Origin: a virus
Virus record (IMG/VR): IMGVR_UViG_3300009158_000045
Span: 9,121-73,120 of that record
Reading direction: 5' to 3' (one strand)
DNA: 64,000 bases
Below the pieces are notes generated by a model. The model did not search any database and was not told the origin of the DNA. It worked only from the letters and a program-made list of their open reading frames with translations. Positions 22,001-29,274 of the stretch are shown here, piece by piece. Made by a program: the position numbers and the translations under genes. Every line of letters begins with the position of its first letter. Position 1 is the stretch's first letter.

Positions 22001-24117
22001 TTAGATGGAATCCATATCCTAAAGACATGCCAGATTACTGGAGTGATGGAAGCCCATCAGGCAGCCCTTACACTCAAAGATGGGGAGCGCTAAGATACGG
22101 TCCTGCCAAGGGTAAAGACATCTGGGGCGGAACAGAGATACCAGGTCTTCCATTTAGTGGAAAGATACCTAATCGCTCAGATTACTGGCATCAGATACTA
22201 GAGCAGCCAAATAAATCATCTGGACCAGGAATGGCCGTCGATAAGTCTACACCTCCATTAGTTGGTTCTGGAGCATCTGCATGGTCTGGTGGCCTACTTG
22301 GCGGCGGTGGTGGAAACATGTTCCATAAAGGCGGGCTAGCAGAAGCTGGTCATAAACATGGAATAGCAGGTCTATGGGATAAGTTTAAAAATCAAGCAAA
22401 CAAGTCCTTAACTGGTGCAGCCGCAGCTGATACTTTAAATCAAGCAGGGTATCTGGGACAACTAGCACTAAGTAGTGTAGCAAAGAATATAGTTCCTAAA
22501 CCAAGTAAAGAGCAGGACAAATCTTTTCAAGAGTTTACACAAATACCTTCAATATACAGAGCCCTTACTGGAAAAACTGATGAGGGCCCACTAGGTCAAA
22601 TAAGTCCAAAAGCTGGCGCAGTTGCTGACTGGGCTGGGCTACTTACATTTTTTACACCTTACCGCTCATCTGGACGTGCAGCCACACATGCCGCAGGATC
22701 GGCTGCAGCATCTGCAGCATTACCAACAGTCCCGCTATCACCAATGGAAATGTTTAGAGGACAGTTTCCAACCCTTGATCCAAGCATGTTGCCAAAAGGC
22801 ACTCTCAGCACAGGAACAAAAATAAAGCCTTGGGAACTGCAAACATACAAAAAAATACTTGCAAGACATTATTTAGCAAAACAACCAGACCCACGAACAT
22901 TGACTCAACACGAAGTTGCAGTTCTAGCAGATATGAAGGTTCCTGGCTTTGAAGACTTAAGAGTACACACCGAACACACTGCAGACTACATTGCTGATGA
23001 CTTAAGGTTAAAAAGCACATTTGATTACAAATCTCCTTTGACCAAATCAGTATCTACAGTTGAGGAGCTTTTAAGTAAATCTTTATTCCACGGAGGAAAC
23101 CTACCAACAGTAGATGGAAAAATTGATTTAAAAAATAGAACTGGATTAAATAGCTGGTATGGCGGGCAGATGTTTGCAGCAGAAGATTACAGGCAGGCAT
23201 TAGCCTATCTTTTAAAGTCCCCAGACAACTCAGTATACTCTATTACATCTGCATTGAAAAAAGAAGATGTCATAGACCTTAGACATAATGCAAACACATT
23301 AGCTTCACAGCAACCGTTTGTATTTGCAAAATTATTAAGAGATATAGAGTCGGGCAAAATTACACTTCAAGACCATCAGTCAAAAGATTTTGTTTACTCA
23401 ACTTTGCTAGCCCAAGAGGGAGGAAGATACCCTCATGCTGCTGCTCCTGGAGCACTCAGAGATAAGATTTTCCAACTATACTTTAAAAACATTTCCCCAT
23501 GGCTAGCAGAAAATGGAATAAAAGCAATTGTTCACAGAAATGGAACAAGGGTTGCTATACCAGAGATAGGAACATCAGTAGCAGACAACCCAACTAGAGT
23601 ACAAGATTTTGGCCAGACTGGTACCGATGCAATAGCCTACACCACGGTAGACGGCTCAATTGGACAGATACAAAAACATACCATAACTAGTCAGCAGGTC
23701 AAAGATATTGTTGCAAGAATACAAGCATCGAATCCAGATGTTAAATCTTCTAGGCTTGAATCAGAAATCATGGCATTGCTCAGACAGTCTACAGAAATTC
23801 CTCGCAAGGCAATGGGTGGACTAGTGGTTCCACAGGCTAAGGATTGGTCAAATAAAGCTAAATTTGCTACTGGCGGTATGGTAAATAAAGCTAAATATAA
23901 TTTGCCTTCACCATCTGTATCTATTAATAAATCAATGATGCCTAATTCAAATAATAGCGCAGTTCATCATTATGATGTTGGTGGGCTTGTTGTTAACGCT
24001 CAGCCTGGACAAGATGAAAAAACTATTGCTACAATGGTAGTTAACATGTTAGATCAAAAGAATATGATGAGAGAAGCTATGTATGGAAGACAAAGATCTA
24101 TGAGCGGAGGTAATTAA
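13048..24117 (+). CDS. tape measure protein (TP901-type core) with multiple inserted cargo domains
   Basis: N-terminal TMP core (GINASEGANALKSALASL, AIEQLFGK), hydrophobic segments, GNTDTVPAMLTPGEFVV, VGEKGPELF and SDSIPALLSNGEYVI motifs; follows chaperone genes. Confidence 0.92.
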   Translation: MSAPQFINTNIVATANFSSLTSQLSAVTSQLLKLQQTVIGTNKIFQNQVSVMNRAFAENMRSTGQFATHFVTLSSDVENFGRNLDSGKLKLSRYFKTWQDHTKTSGGLIRQLAQQQVTLQNAVIQPLGKNAQGLMQYNVHVAQGLDTIANKTALAAMQAKILNKVMQDGANQLINWGKNTQWAGRQLTVGLTLPLAMFGQAASKAFLEADKELVRLTKVYGGLAATSASDLKKIRNEVSATAKELAAQYGASYTATIGLAADIAATGKQGQDLLDSTVQTTRLAILGEVEHAEAMKATLAIQSTFKQSTDELTQSIDFLNAVENQTSTTLNDLVIAIPKAGPVIQAMGGSVKDLSLLLVAMKEGGINASEGANALKSALASLINPTKVAKAMFADFGIDLTEIVEKNAGNLTGTIMALQSALDKLNPLQKQQAIEQLFGKFQFSRLNALFANLGKQGSQTLQVLDLMNASAGDLANLSSRELAQITESASGKFRRALESVKADMAQIGNSFLSIGTTILNIISGIVKFFGKLPDPLKKALTFLGGITAVAGPLIMLTGVLANFFGYIVKGLFHFKALFKGGEGWKYLTPEILAAEKAGSLIEKTFYSDAKAAATLEVSLHGLAAAYKDLEGKILAANIAAQPTISTIAGSPILQGSTRVADPSHPLIGQPYSRSMAHLNPVSKMTEVERLSQTIFSTVPNPAPVNRKVGANPQMYMTGDMPLIPGLTSVNGASTGIIASEAAKWHSMTAALAMQSEQELVLLKREVAATGGITTSLSGSYQKLLPEMTKLTTHAAQEGAKIVAALEAGALTVAQAQAEIVALNARIEAMMVQTASQIAAIESRSINLTSVPLLSQPIIDPITGKSNMKEVFRPGRTASTIDAIADALGVRTSGGGYSIATTKPKFLPIVKRNTGGEIFTAEGGAFVPGVGNTDTVPAMLTPGEFVVNKKQTQKDPQGLRDYNAGRAVIVPVQKFLTGGEVLEGAHFSGNVKLTGEQIKNAPRLFDALPPHMQASVLQFPGQTFLIQDSQILTLPRILNKKLRLASRANLSKEQALGHIRGVPAATMFSGWNLDERLKERLKAELLTQISLSTPADPAAGYRDPDMERIFKTTKERLLNDTSLDYEDIKKFAFSFREAEQKTKVVLTTLKDVEASAKIFASAKKLEKLKTELGIDIPKPDEVTRFSTSKNADVTKSVGWFDANAKRIAERYFARYPDKKDISIPNSQGKRNIWVNSGNGVATVHEGGATTAKLREAVVLVIDELTGRVRVGKLNPIFAPRDPKAATMTRRWIAGRATGGPVNKNTPYIVGEKGPELFIPRHDGGIIPNNKLNSGGPVAGVRYYGTGSGDGPVTADTFGSVAQAKKALRSGNPAVRAAAQTWLLAQSAKGSQVAVGGTPGVFQGEQSPGTRGSYTRGRGFTDYQIRGSQVSGIHAMPTYRPIYDNNPFRGWQPGVGTMAAASSLKLASSDAYARAGARLTVLQLAALNKLLEVQTSAKNALQTTGIVIKELRGTTTAKLSDAYARSTYRPTSWRELSPFNPTGYNARRVPGQPFGASLGNHPFAVSMAASAGGMYAASKIKNPAIAGIVSTMAGVLPFMLPQMLMQKKAAKAAMLNDEARLLAERNGTTIAQERQALVAKQQAEKAAAQAARTSALASKTGMGSKIAAGAEKGMLALMLAQGAKVSGIFARIGPMIFRIASILKSLSIPGLIITALIMIGKYFWDAHKAAQAAIQAQSDSFKLNAKQAKQAGIAYVDFKKKVEDVREQQRLMMEAGRIALQSNKNSSIGGLVFSYQELKKATKDAKKNMPDVVKMFDDLNFDQVADAAANLKVQFVSQGMSAEKAAIKIYGIVAASNKAGQAADAISTKAFMAIQDKSTAATASVQGLAKAIKSDLDAKIIVSSFEAMVSAVDASTKALIGTKDETGKVITEAEALEATFKQIHSTQQGNVQLGEDGLKALQDQNPLLIGILNKNDTIAGTYAKMRLVLQGIGGDLSAVNSKTAQAMLLVKEGIDSAALAMATGTDEQGIQVQSGNLTALVTLVNHYKKASLDAALASTSAAKKAADGNKAEIKSIQEKIAAINDEADARKRALEQQTATEDAKIQLKKLQLDYQDAIATGNTKDAAQIQLSIRQLVLQTNKTQALAAIEEKRNADLKIQNALLAKAQEKANAAQLKATNQSTAAQNAANTLSTIQSIQSTIASLISQRATADPTTEAGKLVIAGLDSQFKKQLAELTKYGTLGKNAANALSPGGIYNAKLPSTDYSSSLAKLSADALKTASSKFVGGVDKFALYVDKLSGTSGLAYSDPTETTPLKFAGVKIGDAVYMRFSSGDGKKNIQVATEKNFTDDAYNAYIKNGWKFIEYATEKNSSPEHVYHQILGRKVPKAATGGQILHYEPGGTVRGPGTATSDSIPALLSNGEYVIRASSVKKYGTETFEALNAGRFADGGLAQDPNKVYLPDGTEARRMSREERDANYRASRERFLAQRKAYKEFVMPQETHKEYLNRMKQMGYLMGGAIPGFHKGGKAHKHPKLTPLSDLGETTKSQIKYLEDWTTLLNTYYGAKYKDLLSLPEGQNIVSKLSYSKILDGSIKRSDPASWAQDSEHINAFWDSSNRRITMGLANSLNPILNPNPLYIPGTLDDLHATKSTASKNQSPINFLEGIAKNVKNNPYSRMEVLNTLFHEFGHALQSSIRSQQTYSQMLMGINDPKGINNIETSADLMSGGIFKEMYQNGYIPQVTDSILQNIFSSKILTGTATQLPAFEKDGWHPTNENFRFATWAKGFQVGDTAALDDSLVTKKQKLTSGETEFKPIKFADIANLEAAKAAITAAMVPSGFHRGGQVGHQHTGEAAKPQLKYFPWRPDLPNYWSNGKPTGSPWTGRWGELRYSPSKGKDIWGGTEIPGLKFSGKFAQHSDYWHQMTEQPSKSSGSGMGIDKYTPPLVGSGASAWSGGLLGGGGGNMIGFHKGGPVGHRHGRNLPGSLFRWNPYPKDMPDYWSDGSPSGSPYTQRWGALRYGPAKGKDIWGGTEIPGLPFSGKIPNRSDYWHQILEQPNKSSGPGMAVDKSTPPLVGSGASAWSGGLLGGGGGNMFHKGGLAEAGHKHGIAGLWDKFKNQANKSLTGAAAADTLNQAGYLGQLALSSVAKNIVPKPSKEQDKSFQEFTQIPSIYRALTGKTDEGPLGQISPKAGAVADWAGLLTFFTPYRSSGRAATHAAGSAAASAALPTVPLSPMEMFRGQFPTLDPSMLPKGTLSTGTKIKPWELQTYKKILARHYLAKQPDPRTLTQHEVAVLADMKVPGFEDLRVHTEHTADYIADDLRLKSTFDYKSPLTKSVSTVEELLSKSLFHGGNLPTVDGKIDLKNRTGLNSWYGGQMFAAEDYRQALAYLLKSPDNSVYSITSALKKEDVIDLRHNANTLASQQPFVFAKLLRDIESGKITLQDHQSKDFVYSTLLAQEGGRYPHAAAPGALRDKIFQLYFKNISPWLAENGIKAIVHRNGTRVAIPEIGTSVADNPTRVQDFGQTGTDAIAYTTVDGSIGQIQKHTITSQQVKDIVARIQASNPDVKSSRLESEIMALLRQSTEIPRKAMGGLVVPQAKDWSNKAKFATGGMVNKAKYNLPSPSVSINKSMMPNSNNSAVHHYDVGGLVVNAQPGQDEKTIATMVVNMLDQKNMMREAMYGRQRSMSGGN
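21559..22335 (+). repeat. tandem duplication (384 and 378 nt units) inside the tape measure gene
   Basis: Two copies of FHxGG..GHxH...YWSxGxPxGSP...KGKDIWGGTEIPGL...SDYWHQ...TPPLVGSGASAWSGGLLGGGGGNM with near-identical DNA tracts. Confidence 0.95.
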
Positions 24118-24119
24118 TA

Positions 24120-24593
24120 ATGGCTAGAAATACTATGCCCAGAGGTTCAGCCTTGCAAATATATGCAACTGATTGGACAATAAATGGTGGAGACAATACT
24201 GTAAAATATAATAAAGTCACAGAGCATAATAGATCAGATATTGCCATACAGACTACAAGATATGAGAAATCTATGCGAATGGCGGATGGAAGCCTAAGAA
24301 AATTTTTTATTAAAGATAAAAGAGTTTTTTCTGTTTCCTGGGACATGCTACCAGCCTATAGAACATTAACGGTAGATAATTGCTGGGGCGCTGAAGATCT
24401 TAGATATTTTTATAATTCAATAGAAGGACAAAAAGAATTTTTAATTAAAATTAATTTAGCAAAAGACGGAACAAATCAAGAAAACACTGGATTTGAATTA
24501 TTTAATGTTGTTATATCGAGCCTGTCATTTACGCTATTAAAAAGAGGTCTTCAGCCATTTTGGAATGTATCCTTAACAATGGAAGAAGTCTAA
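24120..24593 (+). CDS. distal tail/baseplate protein
   Basis: Directly after TMP; RMADGSLRKF...FSVSWDMLP...WNVSLTMEEV. Confidence 0.7.
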   Translation: MARNTMPRGSALQIYATDWTINGGDNTVKYNKVTEHNRSDIAIQTTRYEKSMRMADGSLRKFFIKDKRVFSVSWDMLPAYRTLTVDNCWGAEDLRYFYNSIEGQKEFLIKINLAKDGTNQENTGFELFNVVISSLSFTLLKRGLQPFWNVSLTMEEV

Positions 24594-27500
24594 TGCTAGT
24601 AACAACACCTGCCTCTAATGATACAGTAGTTAAAGATTTATTTATAAAAGATAATGTTATTAAGACTGCGGCTGGTTGCTATATAGAATACAACATGAAT
24701 TTGATGACTAACTTAAAGGATTCAAGCATCACTGGTCCAGCATACACATCACCCACTTATGTTAAATTTAAAAAGTTATTCCCAATAGACAGCATGATAA
24801 AGCCATTTAGACCAATAACATCTGGCATTAAGTATGCAATTCTAGGAGACCTACCAGCAAAAAGTTGGGGAAGCCCAAAAAATAATACTACCCCATTAAA
24901 TTATAGAATTTATATACCTGGCAAAGATACATCATATCAGTATTGGATTAGCGAAAAGGGTCAGGGTACTGGCTTGACACCACTTTCAATTACATATCCA
25001 AAAAAAATACTTGTAAATAAAATAGTTGTTAAATTTGAAGTATCGCATGACAAACCAGCAACATGGACTGTTTCTGCAAAATTAAATAGCGGAGCTTTAG
25101 AAACAATTAAAACAGGAACTTCATCCGACATACCAGGTTTTGTTGCTGGCTCTTATAATGCTGGAGTAATAAACTTATACTACACTGGAACATCATGGTC
25201 ATTAAATGAAAGTGATTTAAATCCAAATGCATACAAAGAGTATACAAATATACAGCTTGCGTTTACAGCGGCAGCTAATTCGGGATATGTTGCAGTAACA
25301 GAATTTTCACCAAGATGGGTAAAAGACATATCCTCATCTGTTGTGGATTTTAGCTTTACAAAAGAAGCTTCTTCTGGGTCAGAAGATGTTTTGCCTGTTG
25401 GATATGTAAGCGCAAATTCATTTACTTTAAATTTAAATAATTATAATACTTCTACCCCACAAATTATTAATTATTCAAAAGACGATGCTTTTGTTTTTGA
25501 TGCTTCAAAAATATATATCTATAAACAAGTTGAGATGAAACCATTTTTTAAAATATACCATTCTGCTGGTACGTACGGAACTGCAGATGCAACTTTTAAA
25601 TCTTTAGACAAATATGACATTTTGTCTCAAGGAACTTATTTTGTTGATAATTGGACAATGTCTGAGTTTAATGATGTAAACGTTGTGTGTTTAGACGCAG
25701 CAAAAATACTTCAAGAAACTATAGCTCCTCCAATACTTTGCGACAATTACTCGGTTATTGCGATACTCAGAACCTTATTGGATTCAATTGGATTTACATC
25801 ATACAAGTTTAATTTAACAGACAGCGATCAATCAATTATAACCCCAGATTTCTGGTGGAGCGATGAAACAAAAACAGTTTGGTCTGTAATTCAAGAACTA
25901 TGTAGAGACGTACAAATGACAGCAGTGGTAGATGAAAATAATATTTTACAATTTTATACAAGAGAATATATGTATACAAGTAACAATAAATCTGTTGCTT
26001 GGAATTTTACACAATCACAAAAAACAATTGGATCGAAGGTATACAGGCCAAATATAATTGATTTAAATAAAAAACTATTGCCCGTAGCAAATCAAGTAAA
26101 AATAACTTGGCAAGCTGTCGCAACCTCAAACTACGACAAGTCGGCGGCACCTCTATGGAGATCGAATACCTCAGTGCTATCAGCATCCGCATTAATATTA
26201 GATTTAAATGCAACAGATAAATCTTTGTATAACGTAGATACTGGAGAAGTCGTTGCTGGGTCTCAAAAATATATTTGGCTAAATCCAATATCAAGTTCAT
26301 TTGAACAGATGACTACTTTAAACTCTTATAACGGATACTTAGTTGTCGACAATGAAATTATAGAATATGATGCAATACAATACATTTATACCCCATTGGC
26401 AGGAGGTGCTCAGCAATCTGTTGACATAATGAGCGAGTCTGATATAAAAAGATACAGGTCCTTGGCTGGACCTAACAGCCTAGATTTTCAAAGCAGTAAG
26501 GCGTACAGAATAAAAACAAGAGGAGCCTTCAATACAACACCAGCAGCCCACTCAGCGTCAGATTCTCAGGTTGCCTCATGGACAGCAAAGTCTACAGACT
26601 TTAAAACTGCAACCGCCATTAAGGCAGGAACATCAGCAAAGAAAGATAAGTTTACAAACAATAAGTCTTTATATGTTCTAAGCAAAGATCCAAACGATAA
26701 GGATATAAAAAAATATTCTATTGCATATAAAAAATTTGCTGAGCTTGATACTACAAGCACATACTATGCATTTGGAACAACATTATTTTTTGATAGTAAT
26801 ATTGATACTGGAAATGCTTCTGGTGGGTTTATGTTTTTTGCAGATGATACAGGGCTTAATGGATATTATATTAATATAGATACAACTTCTAATGCCGCTG
26901 CATATGGATCAAAAGAATTTAAAATTAGAAAAATACAAAATGGAGTCATACAGACACTACCAGACAGCCAGTCGGCTTCAAGCTCTTCTTTAAATGGAGT
27001 TTATGATTTAGAGTCTTATAAGATTGATGTATTTGTTAAATATACTCCCCCGCAGTACCCAGCGTCATTATCAAAGCCTGCAACGGTTGAAATAAAGGCA
27101 TATATAAATGGATTTCAAATATCGGCAGTAGATAAGTATCTTTTGTCTACTAATGGCAAATCACCAGACAACCTCATACCAGCACCAAATAAAACAGTAA
27201 CCTTAGTTTGCAATACTGGAACTATTAATTTTGATTATATATATGGTATACCGATTGCAAAAGATTACTACGATCAGTCAAAACTATTTTCTGTATATAA
27301 TGGACAATTCTCTGACCTCATAACAAAATCATTATTGTCAGAAGCAATAACGGGATCAGTCAATCTGCAGACAGAAATCCCTAGAGGCGGCTTCCTAGAA
27401 GAATTTGGAACGGTTGCAAGAGAACTTAGATATATAAACACTAAATACTCTTCGCCCCCACAAGCAGCATATCCTTTATACGCATCGACTTCTATTAATC

Positions 27501-27961
27501 AGCTAGCAAATGTTATTTATAGTAAATTAAGTACATTTGGAGCAGAGGTGTATGTTTTAAATAACTCTGGTACTTCCATTCCATTAGACGATGGTGCGTC
27601 TACATCTTTCTATGTGTTAGGCAAAACAATTAATCAGACTGGTTCTTCAGAATATACTAATCATGAATTGAGCAAATATGCTGTGCAGGAACCAGTATCA
27701 TTTGCATCCTCATGGATACAAAAAGAATCCGATGCCATTGCCCTAGCTAGCTGGATAGAGTCTATTTGGTCAAAGAAACAAGAAGTTGTAAATTTAACAG
27801 TTTTTGGAAACCCGTTTCTTTCTATTGCAGACATAATAGCAATAGATTACGAATATAATGGTCTATCATACAATACTCAAAAATTTGTAATAACTAGCAT
27901 TTCACACACATATTCTATGGGATTGGAGACGACCATTAGCTGCCGAACCCTGGTTAGCTAA
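24593..27961 (+). CDS. large tail tip/baseplate hub protein
   Basis: TVWSVIQELCRD...DENNILQF and FGNPFLSIADII...FVITSISH hub-type motifs; TAATG coupling. Confidence 0.75.
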   Translation: MLVTTPASNDTVVKDLFIKDNVIKTAAGCYIEYNMNLMTNLKDSSITGPAYTSPTYVKFKKLFPIDSMIKPFRPITSGIKYAILGDLPAKSWGSPKNNTTPLNYRIYIPGKDTSYQYWISEKGQGTGLTPLSITYPKKILVNKIVVKFEVSHDKPATWTVSAKLNSGALETIKTGTSSDIPGFVAGSYNAGVINLYYTGTSWSLNESDLNPNAYKEYTNIQLAFTAAANSGYVAVTEFSPRWVKDISSSVVDFSFTKEASSGSEDVLPVGYVSANSFTLNLNNYNTSTPQIINYSKDDAFVFDASKIYIYKQVEMKPFFKIYHSAGTYGTADATFKSLDKYDILSQGTYFVDNWTMSEFNDVNVVCLDAAKILQETIAPPILCDNYSVIAILRTLLDSIGFTSYKFNLTDSDQSIITPDFWWSDETKTVWSVIQELCRDVQMTAVVDENNILQFYTREYMYTSNNKSVAWNFTQSQKTIGSKVYRPNIIDLNKKLLPVANQVKITWQAVATSNYDKSAAPLWRSNTSVLSASALILDLNATDKSLYNVDTGEVVAGSQKYIWLNPISSSFEQMTTLNSYNGYLVVDNEIIEYDAIQYIYTPLAGGAQQSVDIMSESDIKRYRSLAGPNSLDFQSSKAYRIKTRGAFNTTPAAHSASDSQVASWTAKSTDFKTATAIKAGTSAKKDKFTNNKSLYVLSKDPNDKDIKKYSIAYKKFAELDTTSTYYAFGTTLFFDSNIDTGNASGGFMFFADDTGLNGYYINIDTTSNAAAYGSKEFKIRKIQNGVIQTLPDSQSASSSSLNGVYDLESYKIDVFVKYTPPQYPASLSKPATVEIKAYINGFQISAVDKYLLSTNGKSPDNLIPAPNKTVTLVCNTGTINFDYIYGIPIAKDYYDQSKLFSVYNGQFSDLITKSLLSEAITGSVNLQTEIPRGGFLEEFGTVARELRYINTKYSSPPQAAYPLYASTSINQLANVIYSKLSTFGAEVYVLNNSGTSIPLDDGASTSFYVLGKTINQTGSSEYTNHELSKYAVQEPVSFASSWIQKESDAIALASWIESIWSKKQEVVNLTVFGNPFLSIADIIAIDYEYNGLSYNTQKFVITSISHTYSMGLETTISCRTLVS

Positions 27962-27962
27962 A

Positions 27963-27971
27963 TGGTATAAT
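27963..27971 (+). promoter_or_regulatory. extended -10 promoter, leaderless
   Basis: TGgTATAAT, ATG 7 nt downstream. Confidence 0.65.
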
Positions 27972-27978
27972 AAATATT

Positions 27979-28323
27979 ATGGTATCAAGTGGAAATCAAA
28001 AAAAGACATCAGGGATAGAATTAATTACTCTATATCAAAACTCCCCTGATACAAAATTTATTGACCCAAGGTTTACAAACTTAATAGCAAGAAGTGTTCA
28101 AGGCGGATTTTCTCAAGTAATAGAAGATGGAGAAGGCGGAAACAATGAGCCAAACGACGTACCCCAATTAGAAGATATATCCGAATTTGATAACTACTTG
28201 TATATAGATGAAGCAGGAAAAACTAGAGCTGCAATAGTAATAAAAGTTTACAACAGTAGCGGAAAAAATTTAAAAGGAGTAGACGCAGCAAAATCAATAG
28301 TTGCTCAAGAGGGTGGATCATGA
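27979..28323 (+). CDS. hypothetical tail-region protein
   Basis: ORF coupled to the next gene (ATGA). Confidence 0.6.
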   Translation: MVSSGNQKKTSGIELITLYQNSPDTKFIDPRFTNLIARSVQGGFSQVIEDGEGGNNEPNDVPQLEDISEFDNYLYIDEAGKTRAAIVIKVYNSSGKNLKGVDAAKSIVAQEGGS

Positions 28324-29273
28324 TAAAGGGAACATATGTATTTTACGAAGATGGCAAAGAGATTTGTCGATCTGAAAATGTTATAACTAAATTTGGTAAA
28401 AGGTTTTTAACAAATTACATTGCTGGTAACGTGTCGTTTGATAATAAAAGCATGGCTGTAGGAATAGCAGGAGCCTCAGACTACGCAGCATCAGATACAA
28501 ATAGTAGACTTGGTTTTGAGTTCTATAAATCAATTATCGACATCAGCAGCATAGACATACAGGCCAGCGGAGGTACCTACAGCTATGGTGTTGCATATAA
28601 AACCACTTTGCCTCAAGACATAGTAGGAATAATAAATGAAATAGGCATATACCCAGGCTCCAGACTCTCAAAGAATAATTTTGATAGTAAATTCATTACT
28701 ACATTTGAAAACAACTACGATTGGTTTGATTTAAACAACAACACCCCATCCCTCACATCCGTAGTCCCAGCTCGGATCGGTTCAAATTTAATGAATATTG
28801 ATTTTACTGGTATTTCAATAGCAAGTCATGAATATTTAACAACACTAGGCTCGCTAGATTTATCTGGGTACAGCGGAAACGATACGCTATCTATTGCTTA
28901 TTATAGAAGTGATACAAACTTAAGCAACATTAAGGTAAAATTTTATAGCTCAAATACTGATTATTATTACGGCACATTTACACCAACATCTGGTACTGGA
29001 AATAAAATTCAAGAAATTAACATGTCCAATGTGTTTGCTAATTCTTCTGGATCCCCGATTGCTTCATCTATTTATAAGATTGGCGTAGAGGTAAATAGAG
29101 CAAGCACTTCTTCAGCATGTGCCGTTTATCTAGATGCATTAAGAATTAATGATGAGGACACATTTGACCCAGCATATGGATTAGTTAGCAGATCTACATT
29201 AACATCTCCTATAACAAAAGTTGCTGGAAGACAATTAGATATAGAATATCATTTGAGTTTAGGCTGGTCATAA
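28320..29273 (+). CDS. minor tail/baseplate protein
   Basis: SENVITKFGKRFL...LGFEF...INEIGIY...LDIEYHL pattern of phage baseplate/fibre-attachment proteins. Confidence 0.65.
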   Translation: MIKGTYVFYEDGKEICRSENVITKFGKRFLTNYIAGNVSFDNKSMAVGIAGASDYAASDTNSRLGFEFYKSIIDISSIDIQASGGTYSYGVAYKTTLPQDIVGIINEIGIYPGSRLSKNNFDSKFITTFENNYDWFDLNNNTPSLTSVVPARIGSNLMNIDFTGISIASHEYLTTLGSLDLSGYSGNDTLSIAYYRSDTNLSNIKVKFYSSNTDYYYGTFTPTSGTGNKIQEINMSNVFANSSGSPIASSIYKIGVEVNRASTSSACAVYLDALRINDEDTFDPAYGLVSRSTLTSPITKVAGRQLDIEYHLSLGWS

Positions 29274-29274
29274 T

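Noticed and set aside
21559-22335. Repeat pair as a DGR template/variable repeat
   Set aside because: Both copies are in-frame coding, differences are not adenine-specific, and no reverse transcriptase is in the window.
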